Positions 36,701 to 46,878 of a DNA stretch of 64,000 nt are shown one piece after another. Source of the DNA: Gemmatimonadales bacterium (GTDB lineage Bacteria > Gemmatimonadota > Gemmatimonadetes > Gemmatimonadales > GWC2-71-9). Each line of letters opens with the position of its first letter. The first letter of the stretch is position 1. The DNA is taken from positions 15,481-79,480 of the forward strand of contig JBDTMI010000010.1 of assembly GCA_039934355.1 (NCBI GenBank), given 5' to 3'. Position numbers and translations under genes: made by a program. Under the pieces are notes generated by a model. It had not been told where the DNA came from, did not search any database, and saw nothing but the letters and a program-made list of their open reading frames with translations.

Positions 36701-39528
36701 CTGACCGGGCGCTTCGATTCGTCGGTCGCGGTGAAGGTCAGTTCGTACGTTCCACCCGATGGCGGCGTGAAACGGCAATCGGCAGGGGTGGCGGCGCTCA
36801 CGACGTCACAGTGCGCCAGCGTGTCGGAGACCCATTCGCCATAGACCTCGCTGTAGCCGCCGCGCGAGCGGTGCACCCGGTGCCACTCTTTGCGCACAAT
36901 GGTGCCGCGCACCTTGACGCCCGTCACCCGTCCGCCATCGGGCCGCACCGCGATGACCCCGACGGATGCCGCCGTGCCCGCGGTCCAGAAGTACGACTCC
37001 CCCTGCGGCCTGGCGCCTATATAGAAGGAAGCAGGATGGACGATCACCGACGCGGATGCTCCCGAGGTCTGTCGATTCACGTCGGTCACTCCCGCCTCGA
37101 TCGTCGCTCGGGCCGGCCGACCCTTGACCGGTGCCACGAGGGCGGCCCGAAGGGTGGTCCACCCCTGCGCATCCAGCGTGTCGGTGCCCTGCGCGAGAAT
37201 CTGGGTCTCGTTGCCACCCCGCTCCTCCTCCCACCACCAGCCGTTCTCGCCGAGGTAGAAGCCGTCGGTGCCGGGGATCTCGAGCGACCAGAAGTCCATG
37301 CTGGTCTGCCGGGCGACCCAGGTCACTTCGGCGCGCGCCATCGGGGCGCCGAAGAGGTAGCGCGCCTCGATCCGGGCCCGGATGGAATCGCCGGGGAATC
37401 GGGCCCCGCTGTCGGCCGTGGCCTCGACCAGGAACTCCGGCGGCCGGTACTCCGCCACGCGGTACGACGTCTGGGCGATGTCGAGCCAGGCCGAGTTGCG
37501 GCGCTGCTGCAGCCGGACATCGTAGCTGCCTAACGGCAGATCGGCCGGCAGCGTCAGGCGCTGATCCGAGGTCCCGAAGCTGGAGAGGGCGACGGTGGTT
37601 TCCTTCAGGGTGCCACCATCGCGACCGGCGAAGATCCACTTGAGGCTGTCCCCGCGGGCCGGCACCGTCAGGCTGCCCAGGGTCCCGCTCCGGACGATCG
37701 CCTTGGCGTAGAGCGGCTCGCCGGGACGGTAGATGCCGCGCTCGGTGAAGACCGCCGCCGCGAGCGGAAACCGCTCGGTGCCATACGCCGCCCGCACGCT
37801 GAAGCGCCAGGGACTCAGGTCGGCGTCGTACTGGCTGATGCTGGTGAGTGCGCGATCATTGCCGAGGGCGGCGACGAGATATCCCTCGAGCCCGTTGTGG
37901 GAGTACTCCTCGCTGGTGTCGGGCCGGAAACCGGTGAGCGAGGCCAGCCCCTGACCATCGGTCTTTGCGCTGGCGCGGACCTGACCGTCCATGTCGTAGA
38001 GCGTCACCAGCGCGCCGGCGCGCGGCTTCCCGTCGCTGACGCCCGTCACCCACACTACACCCTCGCTCAGGCCGATCTTCCCGTGCACCGCCAGATCGGT
38101 CACCTGCACGATGGCCCACGGCTGGTTGGCCTGCCATTCCGCCGAGAGCGACGGGCTCGTCACCCGGACGAACTGCAGCAGCGGGCTGCCGGCGCGCTGC
38201 GCATTGTAGAGGGGCAGCTTCGCCCCAAAGATCCGGACCCGGTCGCGGGCCCCGTGCACCGCGACCTTGCGGGTCACACCGCCCCGGGTGATCCGCGTGA
38301 GTGCGCTGTCGTCCTGATTCCACCGGCTGTACTGCAGCGCCGTGGGGATCAGCGCATCCGGGACCGGGGCGATCGTCACCGCCAGCGTATCCACGTTCAC
38401 ATACCTGACCGCAAGCGTCCTGAAGGCGGCGCGTTCCACGGTCATCCGGCCATACTCGTGGTCCACCAGCGGCGCGTAGCCCGTCGTCCGGAACCCGCCG
38501 GCGTTGTTGCCCTGAAGCCGTTGTCCGAAGATGTCGCGCAAGGCCGTATCCGCGATCACCGCATACGCCGTGTGAGGCGTGAGCTGGGTCTCGAGGTACC
38601 AGCTGTCGGACTCTTCGGTGGTATCCGGGACGGTGAATGCCGCCGCCGGCAGGATCGTGAGATGCCGCTGGATCTCGGCTCCCTTCACTGGTGTCGAGAA
38701 GGTGAGTTGCACCCCCCCGGTGGGACAGTTGGTCTCGCCGCTGCAGGTCGCGCTGTCGAACCGGAATGGACCATACGTATTGAAGGCCCAGCGCACGTAG
38801 GGCCGGGTGTTCTCTTCATCGACCACCGACTGGGCGAAGAGCTCGCCGGCACAGTCGAGGGGCAGCGGCTTCTCCGGCACGAGCGTGAGCACCCGGCGGA
38901 GACTGTCGGTGTCCCGATCCCGATCGTACCCACCGGCCTGGTTGTACTGCCACGGATCGTTCTCGTTGATTTCGCGCTGCGCGGAAACCTTGAGGTCCAC
39001 CCGGCCGCTGCGGGCGCACGAAGGCGCCAGTTCGAGATACGCCAGCGTCTTGTACGCACTCCGGTCCACCGCGGAGCTGTAGACCAGGTCAAACGTCGCA
39101 TCGGGCTGAAGAAAGCGGGGCTGTTCGTTCTCGCCCACCGGCAGACCGGCGAGCAGGGTCGGTCCGCTCACGCTGAAGCTGTAGCTGAAGGGCGACGCCA
39201 GCCGGCTCCCGTCCATCGCACTGAAGCTGTTCGCGATCGTGATGGTGTAGCTCTTCCCTGCGGTGAGCGGGCGCGCGGGCCGGAAGCGCAGCGTGACGGG
39301 GTCGCGCCATTCCACCTTGCCCGGCACCGACGGCACGATGCGGAAGATCCCCGCCGGATCCACGCTGTGATCGAGCGAACCGGCCACCGGACGGTCGAAT
39401 GTCACCTGGATCGGCGCGGTGGCCGATCCTTCGCCACTCGGACTCGATGCCAGCACCTGCAACGCCGGTGGTGGCTCGGCGGCAAAGGCGACCACCGCGA
39501 GCACCGCGAATATCCGGGGGGAAAGCAT
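33766..39528 (-). CDS. Bacterial alpha-2-macroglobulin family protein with thioester
   Basis: About 1920 aa. It has the thioester motif YPYYCTEQ and the MG-domain-rich architecture. The start is the ATG at 39528 (MLSPRIFAVLAVVAF) with an AGGAG RBS. There is no lipobox Cys. Confidence 0.9.
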   Translation of the reverse strand: MLSPRIFAVLAVVAFAAEPPPALQVLASSPSGEGSATAPIQVTFDRPVAGSLDHSVDPAGIFRIVPSVPGKVEWRDPVTLRFRPARPLTAGKSYTITIANSFSAMDGSRLASPFSYSFSVSGPTLLAGLPVGENEQPRFLQPDATFDLVYSSAVDRSAYKTLAYLELAPSCARSGRVDLKVSAQREINENDPWQYNQAGGYDRDRDTDSLRRVLTLVPEKPLPLDCAGELFAQSVVDEENTRPYVRWAFNTYGPFRFDSATCSGETNCPTGGVQLTFSTPVKGAEIQRHLTILPAAAFTVPDTTEESDSWYLETQLTPHTAYAVIADTALRDIFGQRLQGNNAGGFRTTGYAPLVDHEYGRMTVERAAFRTLAVRYVNVDTLAVTIAPVPDALIPTALQYSRWNQDDSALTRITRGGVTRKVAVHGARDRVRIFGAKLPLYNAQRAGSPLLQFVRVTSPSLSAEWQANQPWAIVQVTDLAVHGKIGLSEGVVWVTGVSDGKPRAGALVTLYDMDGQVRASAKTDGQGLASLTGFRPDTSEEYSHNGLEGYLVAALGNDRALTSISQYDADLSPWRFSVRAAYGTERFPLAAAVFTERGIYRPGEPLYAKAIVRSGTLGSLTVPARGDSLKWIFAGRDGGTLKETTVALSSFGTSDQRLTLPADLPLGSYDVRLQQRRNSAWLDIAQTSYRVAEYRPPEFLVEATADSGARFPGDSIRARIEARYLFGAPMARAEVTWVARQTSMDFWSLEIPGTDGFYLGENGWWWEEERGGNETQILAQGTDTLDAQGWTTLRAALVAPVKGRPARATIEAGVTDVNRQTSGASASVIVHPASFYIGARPQGESYFWTAGTAASVGVIAVRPDGGRVTGVKVRGTIVRKEWHRVHRSRGGYSEVYGEWVSDTLAHCDVVSAATPADCRFTPPSGGTYELTFTATDESKRPVSTSLSRWATGSDWVPWNDESQFKMDLIPDRSRYSVGDTATVLVASPFTDAEAWITVEREGLIEQRRMKVTSGSATLKFPVKESWAPNVFVSVMVTRGRSAPPGALDDPGRPTIRVGYTELRVTPEVKRLTVTVNPLLREYRPGDTATVRVSLTDVAGRAQRGEVTLWAVDEGVLALTGYQTPDPIDLLYAPRGLGLRLASNLTTVAPQVPEGEKGGRAPGGGGGTGESDILRSRFKTTAFFLGSVVTDSSGVATARAKLPDNLTTFRIMAVAVTANDRYGKGQSPMLVTRPLVARPALPRFLREGDTFRAGVVVNQRAGGTPEVQVRAEATGTDLTSTASQKATLEAGRGREVRFDFRQPGSGPLGQADSATFRFRVSGAGDADAVQSRLAIKPAFRPRAWTVSGVLTDTATAEMLLPEGLDPERSRLVLTSGSSPLSFIKGLTWQLRVYPYYCTEQASSAVLPILALYQAQKSLKGVTLLPGNPKREIETAVGLLTRRQRPDGGIGYWDSQDWTTPWLSAFAGQALLEAKAAGIVVNDSVLAHLANYLRTQLKDPAPVRAPVASWYESVEGRLADQVAAADFLSRYGKPEIAAENELLRNAAQLAWEDRVRLAEVLARRKAFRSARTLLQPAWKSVKVEGRRATVPEVALRRTHYFESRVRPVARLLSATLAVDSANPLIGPLVETLVQQGRAGVLSPWNTQDYAAAVTALTSFDRRMRAGAARSFTVQSGGRTLFTMMGTPALTARLTVRDSSVPLTGLLAKSGDGQAALRLSLAADGTGGPIYYYLTVNEVPKQRPVNPEDQGIRLERWYERYDKDSPIVSVVEGQLVRVRLRVTVPADREFVVIDDALPAGLEAVDLSLRTASLVPGPGRDQVQNFLTPEQAEGESEEPSGSDDRWFYGRWDSGWWTPFDHKEIRDDRVVYSATVLWQGTYTMTYIARATTPGVFVRPPAHAEEMYNPAVYGRSDGGVFTVEGK

Positions 39529-39748
39529 GGGGTACCACTCCTGAAGGGGACTGACCGGGCAGAAGATGACTGCGGCGAGAGCGGCGGTCAATCACCGAGG
39601 GAGCGGCGGTGGGGCGGTCGCGGTGTGGAGGAGAGAGTGGGCGATGGAAGGAATCCGGAGGGGTGCCCGGCGTCACCTCTCGGTGATGCCGGACGGGTCA
39701 GAGTTCACGACAATCCTGTCCGCGACCCCCGAGCCAGCGACAGCAGTG

Positions 39749-41311
<1,563 letters not shown>

Positions 41312-41479
41312 CGTCTGGCACCTCCTGAAAGCCAGACGGCCCGCTCCGGAGGGGAGCAGGCCGTCTGGAAGCATGAATATCCAAGGCTAGCCGCGCCCCT
41401 CGGGACCGGTGGTTCCCCAATTCATATTCGAATTGGCGACGGTGGTGTGAAGGGGACAGCGGAGCGGGTGCATGGCCAA

Positions 41480-42517
41480 CTATAGGCGGGACCCCTGCCC
41501 AACGTCAACGCATGCGGCGCTGCCCGGACCGGCGTGACGTGCCGGCGACTCGCCGGCGTCGCCGGGCGGGGCCGGCGGCGGGTCGGTAGCGGTCACTGTG
41601 CCCACCGCGGCGGCGGCCGCCTTCCCCCTAATGATGAGGACGACGGAAGCCACGATCACCAAAGAGGCGAGAATCGTGCGCGTGCTCAGCGACTCGCCGA
41701 GGATGGCCCAGCCGAGCAGCACCGCCACCATCGGGTTCACATACCCGGCCGTGGCGACCTTGCTGGCCGTTGTCACCGTCAGGAGCCAGGCGAAGCAGGT
41801 GAAGGCGACCAGCGAGCCGAAGACCAGGAGGTAGAGGAACGCGAGCAGCGACTCCGTCGTCAGCGTCGCCGGCGAGAAATGGCGCCAGTCGCCGGTGAGC
41901 AGACTCGCCAGGAGAAGCCAGGCGCCCCCGGCGAGCATTTCCATCCCGGAGGCCTGCGCGATGTTCCTCGGCAGATCGGCGGTGCGGCTCAGGACCGACG
42001 CCAGCGCCCACCCGAAGCTGGAAAAGATGATCAGCCCTGCACCGAGCGGGTTGATGTGTTCCCCCCCGAACTGCCCCGGCATCACCAGCAGCGCCACTCC
42101 CAGAAATCCGAGGAGGATGCCGACGAGGACCAGGCTCGTGGGCCGGGTACCGCCAGGGCGGATCCACTCCAGCAGCGCCGTCCAGACCGAGACCATCGCG
42201 ATCAGCAGGGCGGTCAGCCCGGAGGCCATGAACTGCTCGACGTACACCACGAGCCCGTTCCCGATCAGGAAAAAGAGGGCACCCAGCAGCGCGGCCCAAC
42301 CCCATTGGGCCCAGGTCGGTCTCGTCCCGCCCTTCAGCCTGGCGTAGAGGTACAGCCCGGCGCCCGCAACCAGGAACCGGGCGCCCGCCATCAGGAATGG
42401 CGGGATGGAGCGGATCGCGAAGATGATCGCGAGATAGGTCGAGCCCCAGATCAGGTAGATCGTCGCAAAGGCGAGAATCATCCGGCTCCGGTGGCGGGCC
42501 ACAGCCTCAGGCGTCAT
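41480..42517 (-). CDS. EamA/DMT-family transporter
   Basis: Ten hydrophobic helices form two EamA repeats. The C-terminal tail is Ala/Pro-rich. The start overlaps the Lrp gene stop by 11 nt. Confidence 0.8.
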   Translation of the reverse strand: MTPEAVARHRSRMILAFATIYLIWGSTYLAIIFAIRSIPPFLMAGARFLVAGAGLYLYARLKGGTRPTWAQWGWAALLGALFFLIGNGLVVYVEQFMASGLTALLIAMVSVWTALLEWIRPGGTRPTSLVLVGILLGFLGVALLVMPGQFGGEHINPLGAGLIIFSSFGWALASVLSRTADLPRNIAQASGMEMLAGGAWLLLASLLTGDWRHFSPATLTTESLLAFLYLLVFGSLVAFTCFAWLLTVTTASKVATAGYVNPMVAVLLGWAILGESLSTRTILASLVIVASVVLIIRGKAAAAAVGTVTATDPPPAPPGDAGESPARHAGPGSAACVDVGQGSRL

Positions 42518-42976
42518 GCGCCACCTCCGGTTCCGCTGGCAGCGGCAGCACTGGGCTTTCCTTGGTCGTGCTCAGCACCACGGTGGTACGAGTGCTTCGG
42601 ACGCCCTTGAGCCGGCCAAACCGGTCCCGCAGCAGGCGGCTCAGCGCCTCGGTATCGGCCACCCGCACTTTCACGAGATAGCAGTCTTCGCCGGCGACAT
42701 GATGCACCTCGAGCACCTCGGGAATCCGGGCGAGGGCCGCACCGATGGTACCGGTGCCCACCCGCTCCTCCGACCGTACAAAGACAAAGGCGGTGAGCCC
42801 CAGCCCGACGGCGGCGGGAGCGATCCGGGTGAGGTAGCCGGTGATGACGCCGCGCTGCTCCAGCTTGCGAATGCGGTCGAGAATCGCCGACGGAGCCATC
42901 TCCAGCTGGCGGGCGATATCGGCGTTGGCGATCCGGGCGTTGGCCTGGAGCCGCCGGAGGATGGCGAGGTCGATGG
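42507..42976 (-). CDS. Lrp/AsnC-family transcriptional regulator
   Basis: IDPIDLAILRRLQANARIANADIARQLEMAPSAILDRIRKLEQRGVI is the HTH_AsnC domain. It is followed by a RAM/AsnC_trans_reg domain. The full-length protein needs a CTG start at 42976, 6 nt after GGAGG. Confidence 0.7.
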
Positions 42977-43121
42977 GGTCGATCAGGAGGCACCTCCCCG
43001 TACATGGCGACGATTGTTCGGCAAAGGCAATGATAATCAGACGAATCGTCGGCTGACAAGCATAATCCGCGTTGAAACGTCTGGCTCATCCCCCGTGGGC
43101 CCCGGCCGATACTCAGGTACG

Positions 43122-44468
43122 ATGACTTCTCCCCTGGACGGACCGGCCGCTCGCCCCCACTACCCCCGCCCTGGCGCGGGCCGTCTCCTCGTCATCGAGG
43201 ACGACGCCAACCTGGCACGCCTCTTCGCCGCCGTCCTCGGCGAAGCCGGCCACGCGGTGACGGTCGCCCCGACCCTGGCCTCGGCGCAGAGCCACCTCGC
43301 CGGCGGCGGCTGGGACCTCGTCCTGCTCGACCTGCTGCTGCCCGATGGCGATGGGCGCCAGCTCCTGGAGCAGCTCCGATCGCAGCCCAGCACCAGCACC
43401 CTGCCGGTGTTCATCGTCTCGGCCGGGATCGGACCGCAGGTCCGCGCCGAATGTACCGCACTGGGCGCCGACGCTTATTTCGAAAAGCCGGTTGATTCGG
43501 CGGCGCTCGCCCAGGCCGTTGCCCGCCGGCTGGAGCGGTACGATCAGCAGCAGGCCCAGGCCCGTCGCGATCCGCTCACCGGCCTCCCCAACCGTGCGGC
43601 ATTCCTCGAAGCCTGCGCCGCACTCCGTGCCGGCCACCCCACTGATGTACCGATCAGCGTCGCCGTGCTCGACTTCGATCACTTCCTCTGGGTCCGCGAG
43701 ACCTGGGGTCGCACCTATGCCGACGGCATCCTGCGCCGGGCCGGGGTGCGCCTCTCGGTGCTGCTGAGTCAGGCCGACTGCCTCGCGCGCTGGGACGGCT
43801 CGGACTTCGTCGCGCTGTTCGCCCGCAAGACCCCGGCGGAGGCCGGCGTGGCGCTGCAGTCGGCGCTCGAGAGTCTGCGCGACGTCAATTTCCGCAAGGG
43901 CCAGTCCGAACCGCTGGTGCTGACCTACTCCGCCGGGGTGGCTGGCCTGGAAGCGGGGGGAGACGTCAACGATGCCCTGGCCCAGGCGGACCGGCTCTGC
44001 TACATCGCCAAGTCCTCCGGCCGGGCACGCGTCGTGAGCGAAGCCGTGGCCACCAGCGCGCCGAGCCGTCGGATACTCCTGGCGGAGGATGACCCAAGCA
44101 TCATCACCCTGGTGGGGCGATACCTCCGGCACGATGGCTTCAGCGTCTCGGCCTTTCCCAATGGTCGCACCGCGCTGGCCGCCGCGCCGCTCAGCGGAGC
44201 GTCGCTGCTCATCACCGACATTGAAATGCCGGAACTCGATGGGATCGGGCTCATCCGCGGAATTCGCGAGCATCCCGCGCTACGCCATCTGCCCATCATG
44301 GTCCTGTCCGGGCTGGGCGACGAGAACATGATTGTCCGCGCCATCGAAGCTGGGGCCGACGAATACGTCCTCAAGCCCTTTTCCGCCCGCGAAGTCGCGG
44401 TTCGAGTTCGAAGGCTGCTGCGTCGGCCGGCAGTGGAAGGGACCATGGTGCTGGAAGAAGTGGTGTAG
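43122..44468 (+). CDS. Response regulator REC-GGDEF(degenerate)-REC
   Basis: REC1 has LLVIEDD...LVLLDLLLPDGDG. The GGDEF domain has DPLTGLPNR, but the active-site motif reads DGSDF. REC2 has ILLAEDD...LLITDIEMPELDG...LKPF. Confidence 0.8.
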   Translation: MTSPLDGPAARPHYPRPGAGRLLVIEDDANLARLFAAVLGEAGHAVTVAPTLASAQSHLAGGGWDLVLLDLLLPDGDGRQLLEQLRSQPSTSTLPVFIVSAGIGPQVRAECTALGADAYFEKPVDSAALAQAVARRLERYDQQQAQARRDPLTGLPNRAAFLEACAALRAGHPTDVPISVAVLDFDHFLWVRETWGRTYADGILRRAGVRLSVLLSQADCLARWDGSDFVALFARKTPAEAGVALQSALESLRDVNFRKGQSEPLVLTYSAGVAGLEAGGDVNDALAQADRLCYIAKSSGRARVVSEAVATSAPSRRILLAEDDPSIITLVGRYLRHDGFSVSAFPNGRTALAAAPLSGASLLITDIEMPELDGIGLIRGIREHPALRHLPIMVLSGLGDENMIVRAIEAGADEYVLKPFSAREVAVRVRRLLRRPAVEGTMVLEEVV

Positions 44469-44554
44469 GCGATTGGGCTGTTGGGAGGAGAATGCTGTAC
44501 CATGACGGCCGAAGGCCAATGGCCAACGGCTGCCTCCGCCTGTATTCTCTCCCC

Positions 44555-45877
44555 ATGACGATCACCTATCGCAGGACACTCGGTCTCTTCTCCGGGACCA
44601 TGGCCGTGGTCGGGGGCATCATCGGTTCCGGCATCTTCAACAATCCCGCCATCGTTGCCGCCAGAGTCCATACCCCCGGCCTGACGCTGAGCGCGTGGGT
44701 CCTCGGCGGCGTCATCGCGGTGGCTGGGGCGTTCTGTTTCGGTGAATTGGGTCAGCGACGGCCGAAAGCGGGGGGCGGATACGTCTACATCCGTGAGGCT
44801 CTCGGCGCGCTGCCGGCCTTTCTCTATGCCTGGTCACTGCTCCTGGTGATCGCGACCGGCGCAATCGCGGCGGTGGCGGTCACCTTCGCCAACTACACCC
44901 TGCCGCTGCTCGGCCTCGATGCGCGCTGGGCGCTGCCACTCGCGGCGGGAGCGATTCTCCTCCTCACCGCCGTCAACTACATCGGCATCCGTCCGGGGGC
45001 CATCACCACCAACATCTTCACCCTGCTCAAGCTGCTGGCGCTGGGGTTCCTGATCGTGGCGGGACTGACCGCGACGGGGCTCACGGTGCCGACGGCGGAG
45101 CCGGTGGCGGCGCCGACCAACCCCATCTTCGCGATGGCGGCCGCGTTAGTCCCTGTGCTCTTTGCCTATGGCGGGTGGCAACAGACCAATTTCATCTCCG
45201 AGGAAATGGTCGACGCGGAACGGAATCTGCCGCGGGCGTTGCTGCTGGGCGTCGGGATCGTGGTGCTGGTCTACGTGCTGGCCAACCTCACCTACCTTCG
45301 CGCGCTGGGTGCCGCGGGACTCGCGGCCAGCACGGCCCCCGCTGCGGATGCCATGCGCGCAGTGCTGGGGGAGACTGGCGCCAAGCTCATCGCGCTCGGC
45401 ATTTCGGCGTCGACGTTCGGGTTCCTGAACCTGGTGATCATGGTCTCGCCGAGGGTCTATCAGACCATGGCGGCGGACGGGCTGTTCTTCCCGGCATTTG
45501 CGCGGCTCACCCCGAAGTTCCGTACTCCGGGCACGGCGATCCTGGCGCAGGGCGGCTGGGGCGTGCTCCTGCTCCTCACCGGCACCTATGGGGCGCTGCT
45601 CGACTACGTCGTCTTCTGCGACTGGATCTTCTTCGGGTTGGCGGTAGTGTCGCTCTTCATCCTGCGGAAACGGGACATGGCGACGGGCGTTGTCGATCCG
45701 CCGGGAGCGTTCCGGGTGCCGCTGTGGCCGTGGCCGGCGGTGCTGTTCGTCGCGGCGTCGCTCTATGTCATGGCGGGCTCGGTGCTGTCGAATCCGTTCA
45801 ACGCGCTGTTGGGGAGCGGGATACTGGCGTTAGGGGTACCGGTGTTCCTGTTCTGGCGGGGGCGAGTGGGCGGGTAG
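44555..45877 (+). CDS. APC-family amino-acid permease
   Basis: About 12 TM helices are present. The N-terminal GTMAVVGGIIGSGIF motif is typical of the APC superfamily. Confidence 0.8.
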   Translation: MTITYRRTLGLFSGTMAVVGGIIGSGIFNNPAIVAARVHTPGLTLSAWVLGGVIAVAGAFCFGELGQRRPKAGGGYVYIREALGALPAFLYAWSLLLVIATGAIAAVAVTFANYTLPLLGLDARWALPLAAGAILLLTAVNYIGIRPGAITTNIFTLLKLLALGFLIVAGLTATGLTVPTAEPVAAPTNPIFAMAAALVPVLFAYGGWQQTNFISEEMVDAERNLPRALLLGVGIVVLVYVLANLTYLRALGAAGLAASTAPAADAMRAVLGETGAKLIALGISASTFGFLNLVIMVSPRVYQTMAADGLFFPAFARLTPKFRTPGTAILAQGGWGVLLLLTGTYGALLDYVVFCDWIFFGLAVVSLFILRKRDMATGVVDPPGAFRVPLWPWPAVLFVAASLYVMAGSVLSNPFNALLGSGILALGVPVFLFWRGRVGG

Positions 45878-45997
45878 CGGCGGGCCTCCCTGCCCGCCGT
45901 GGGCGGTTGAGGGCGGCCGAAGCGCCTTAGGAGCGGCGAGGCCGCGACTCGGCGCGAGGGAGGGGCGGTTGGGCGGAAGGGCCAGGTGAATGTAGTG

Positions 45998-46157
45998 GCT
46001 GTCATCCTGAGGGACTCCGAGCGCAGCGAGGGAGGACCGAAGGATCTGCTTCGGACCAGAGCAGATCGTTCGCTGCGCTCAGGATGACAGGAACAACAGC
46101 GAGATTCCTTCGCTGCGCGCACGACAGGCTCTTCGCCCCGTTGATTTTTAGGATGAC
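45998..46157. repeat. Second copy of the GTCATCCTGAG...GAAGGATC palindromic element, opposite orientation, plus an extra solo arm
   Basis: The left arm is 45998-46049 and the right arm is 46061-46090. An additional degenerate arm lies at 46101-46157 (gagattccttcgctgcgcgc...aggatgac). Confidence 0.8.
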
Positions 46158-46164
46158 ACCATTT

Positions 46165-46192
46165 GCTGACGGCTGACGGCTGATGGCTGAAC
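46165..46192. repeat. 7-bp tandem array GCTGACG x about 4 (reverse complement of the arg-operon arrays)
   Basis: The units are gctgacg gctgacg gctgatg gctgaac. It ends 17 or 26 nt upstream of the GNAT start candidates (46210 or 46219). Confidence 0.85.
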
Positions 46193-46218
46193 CCGATATC
46201 CCCTACACGATGCCCCCC

Positions 46219-46752
46219 ATGCCCACGATCCGCCTTGCCACGCCTGACGACGCTGCCGCAATCGCCGAGGTCTACCGACCGGCGGTGCTCGACGCGGCAA
46301 CGACCTTTGAGGAGATCCCGCCCGACGCGGCGGAGTTTGTTCGCCGGATCGAGAGGGTGTTGCAGCGGACGCCGTGGCTGGTGTGGGAGGACGGCAGCGC
46401 CATCTTGGGCTACGCCTATGCGAGCCCGCATCGTGAGCGATCGGCCTATCGCTGGACGGTCGAGACATCGGTCTACGTGGCCCCGGGGCAGCAGCGGCGC
46501 GGGATCGCGCGCGGGCTCTATCTGGAGTTGTTCCGGCGCCTCACGGAGCAGGGGTTCGTCAATGCGCTCGCCGGGGTTCTGCTGCCCAATCCCGGCAGCG
46601 TGGCGCTGCACGAATCGCTGGGGTTCACCCGGGTGGGGATCTACCCGGGGGTGGGCTACAAGCGCGGGGTGTGGTACGACACGGCGTGGTACTCCCGCGG
46701 TCTGGGGCCGCGGGTGGGTGGAGGAGTGGATCCTGGGCTCAGTAGGGCCTAG
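46219..46752 (+). CDS. GNAT N-acetyltransferase (phosphinothricin/MSO acetyltransferase-like)
   Basis: IRLATPDDAAAIAEVY...TFEE.PP, the acetyl-CoA loop QQRRGIARGLY, and LHESLGFTRVG are present. The start could also be 46210 or 46183. Confidence 0.8.
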   Translation: MPTIRLATPDDAAAIAEVYRPAVLDAATTFEEIPPDAAEFVRRIERVLQRTPWLVWEDGSAILGYAYASPHRERSAYRWTVETSVYVAPGQQRRGIARGLYLELFRRLTEQGFVNALAGVLLPNPGSVALHESLGFTRVGIYPGVGYKRGVWYDTAWYSRGLGPRVGGGVDPGLSRA

Positions 46753-46878
46753 CCCGAACATGCCATACCCTTCCTTCGTCGAGCGAGCATGAAACCATAT
46801 TGAGCCTGGCGCACAACTGCGTTTAGTGAATCGCGCGCGATAGTGACGACCTGCGGTTCGATGCAGCGATGGTGCAAG

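Noticed and set aside
39656-39675. Second sigma54-like string GGGCAC-ccctc-CGGA on the minus strand upstream of the A2M gene
   Set aside because: The -12 element lacks the conserved GC at the correct spacing. It is weaker than the TGGCTC-N5-TCGC candidate.
45763-46761. 332-aa minus-strand ORF spanning the repeat element and the GNAT gene
   Set aside because: It reads through the palindromic and heptamer repeats and is antisense to a GNAT with clear motifs. It is an artefact of stop-poor GC-rich sequence.
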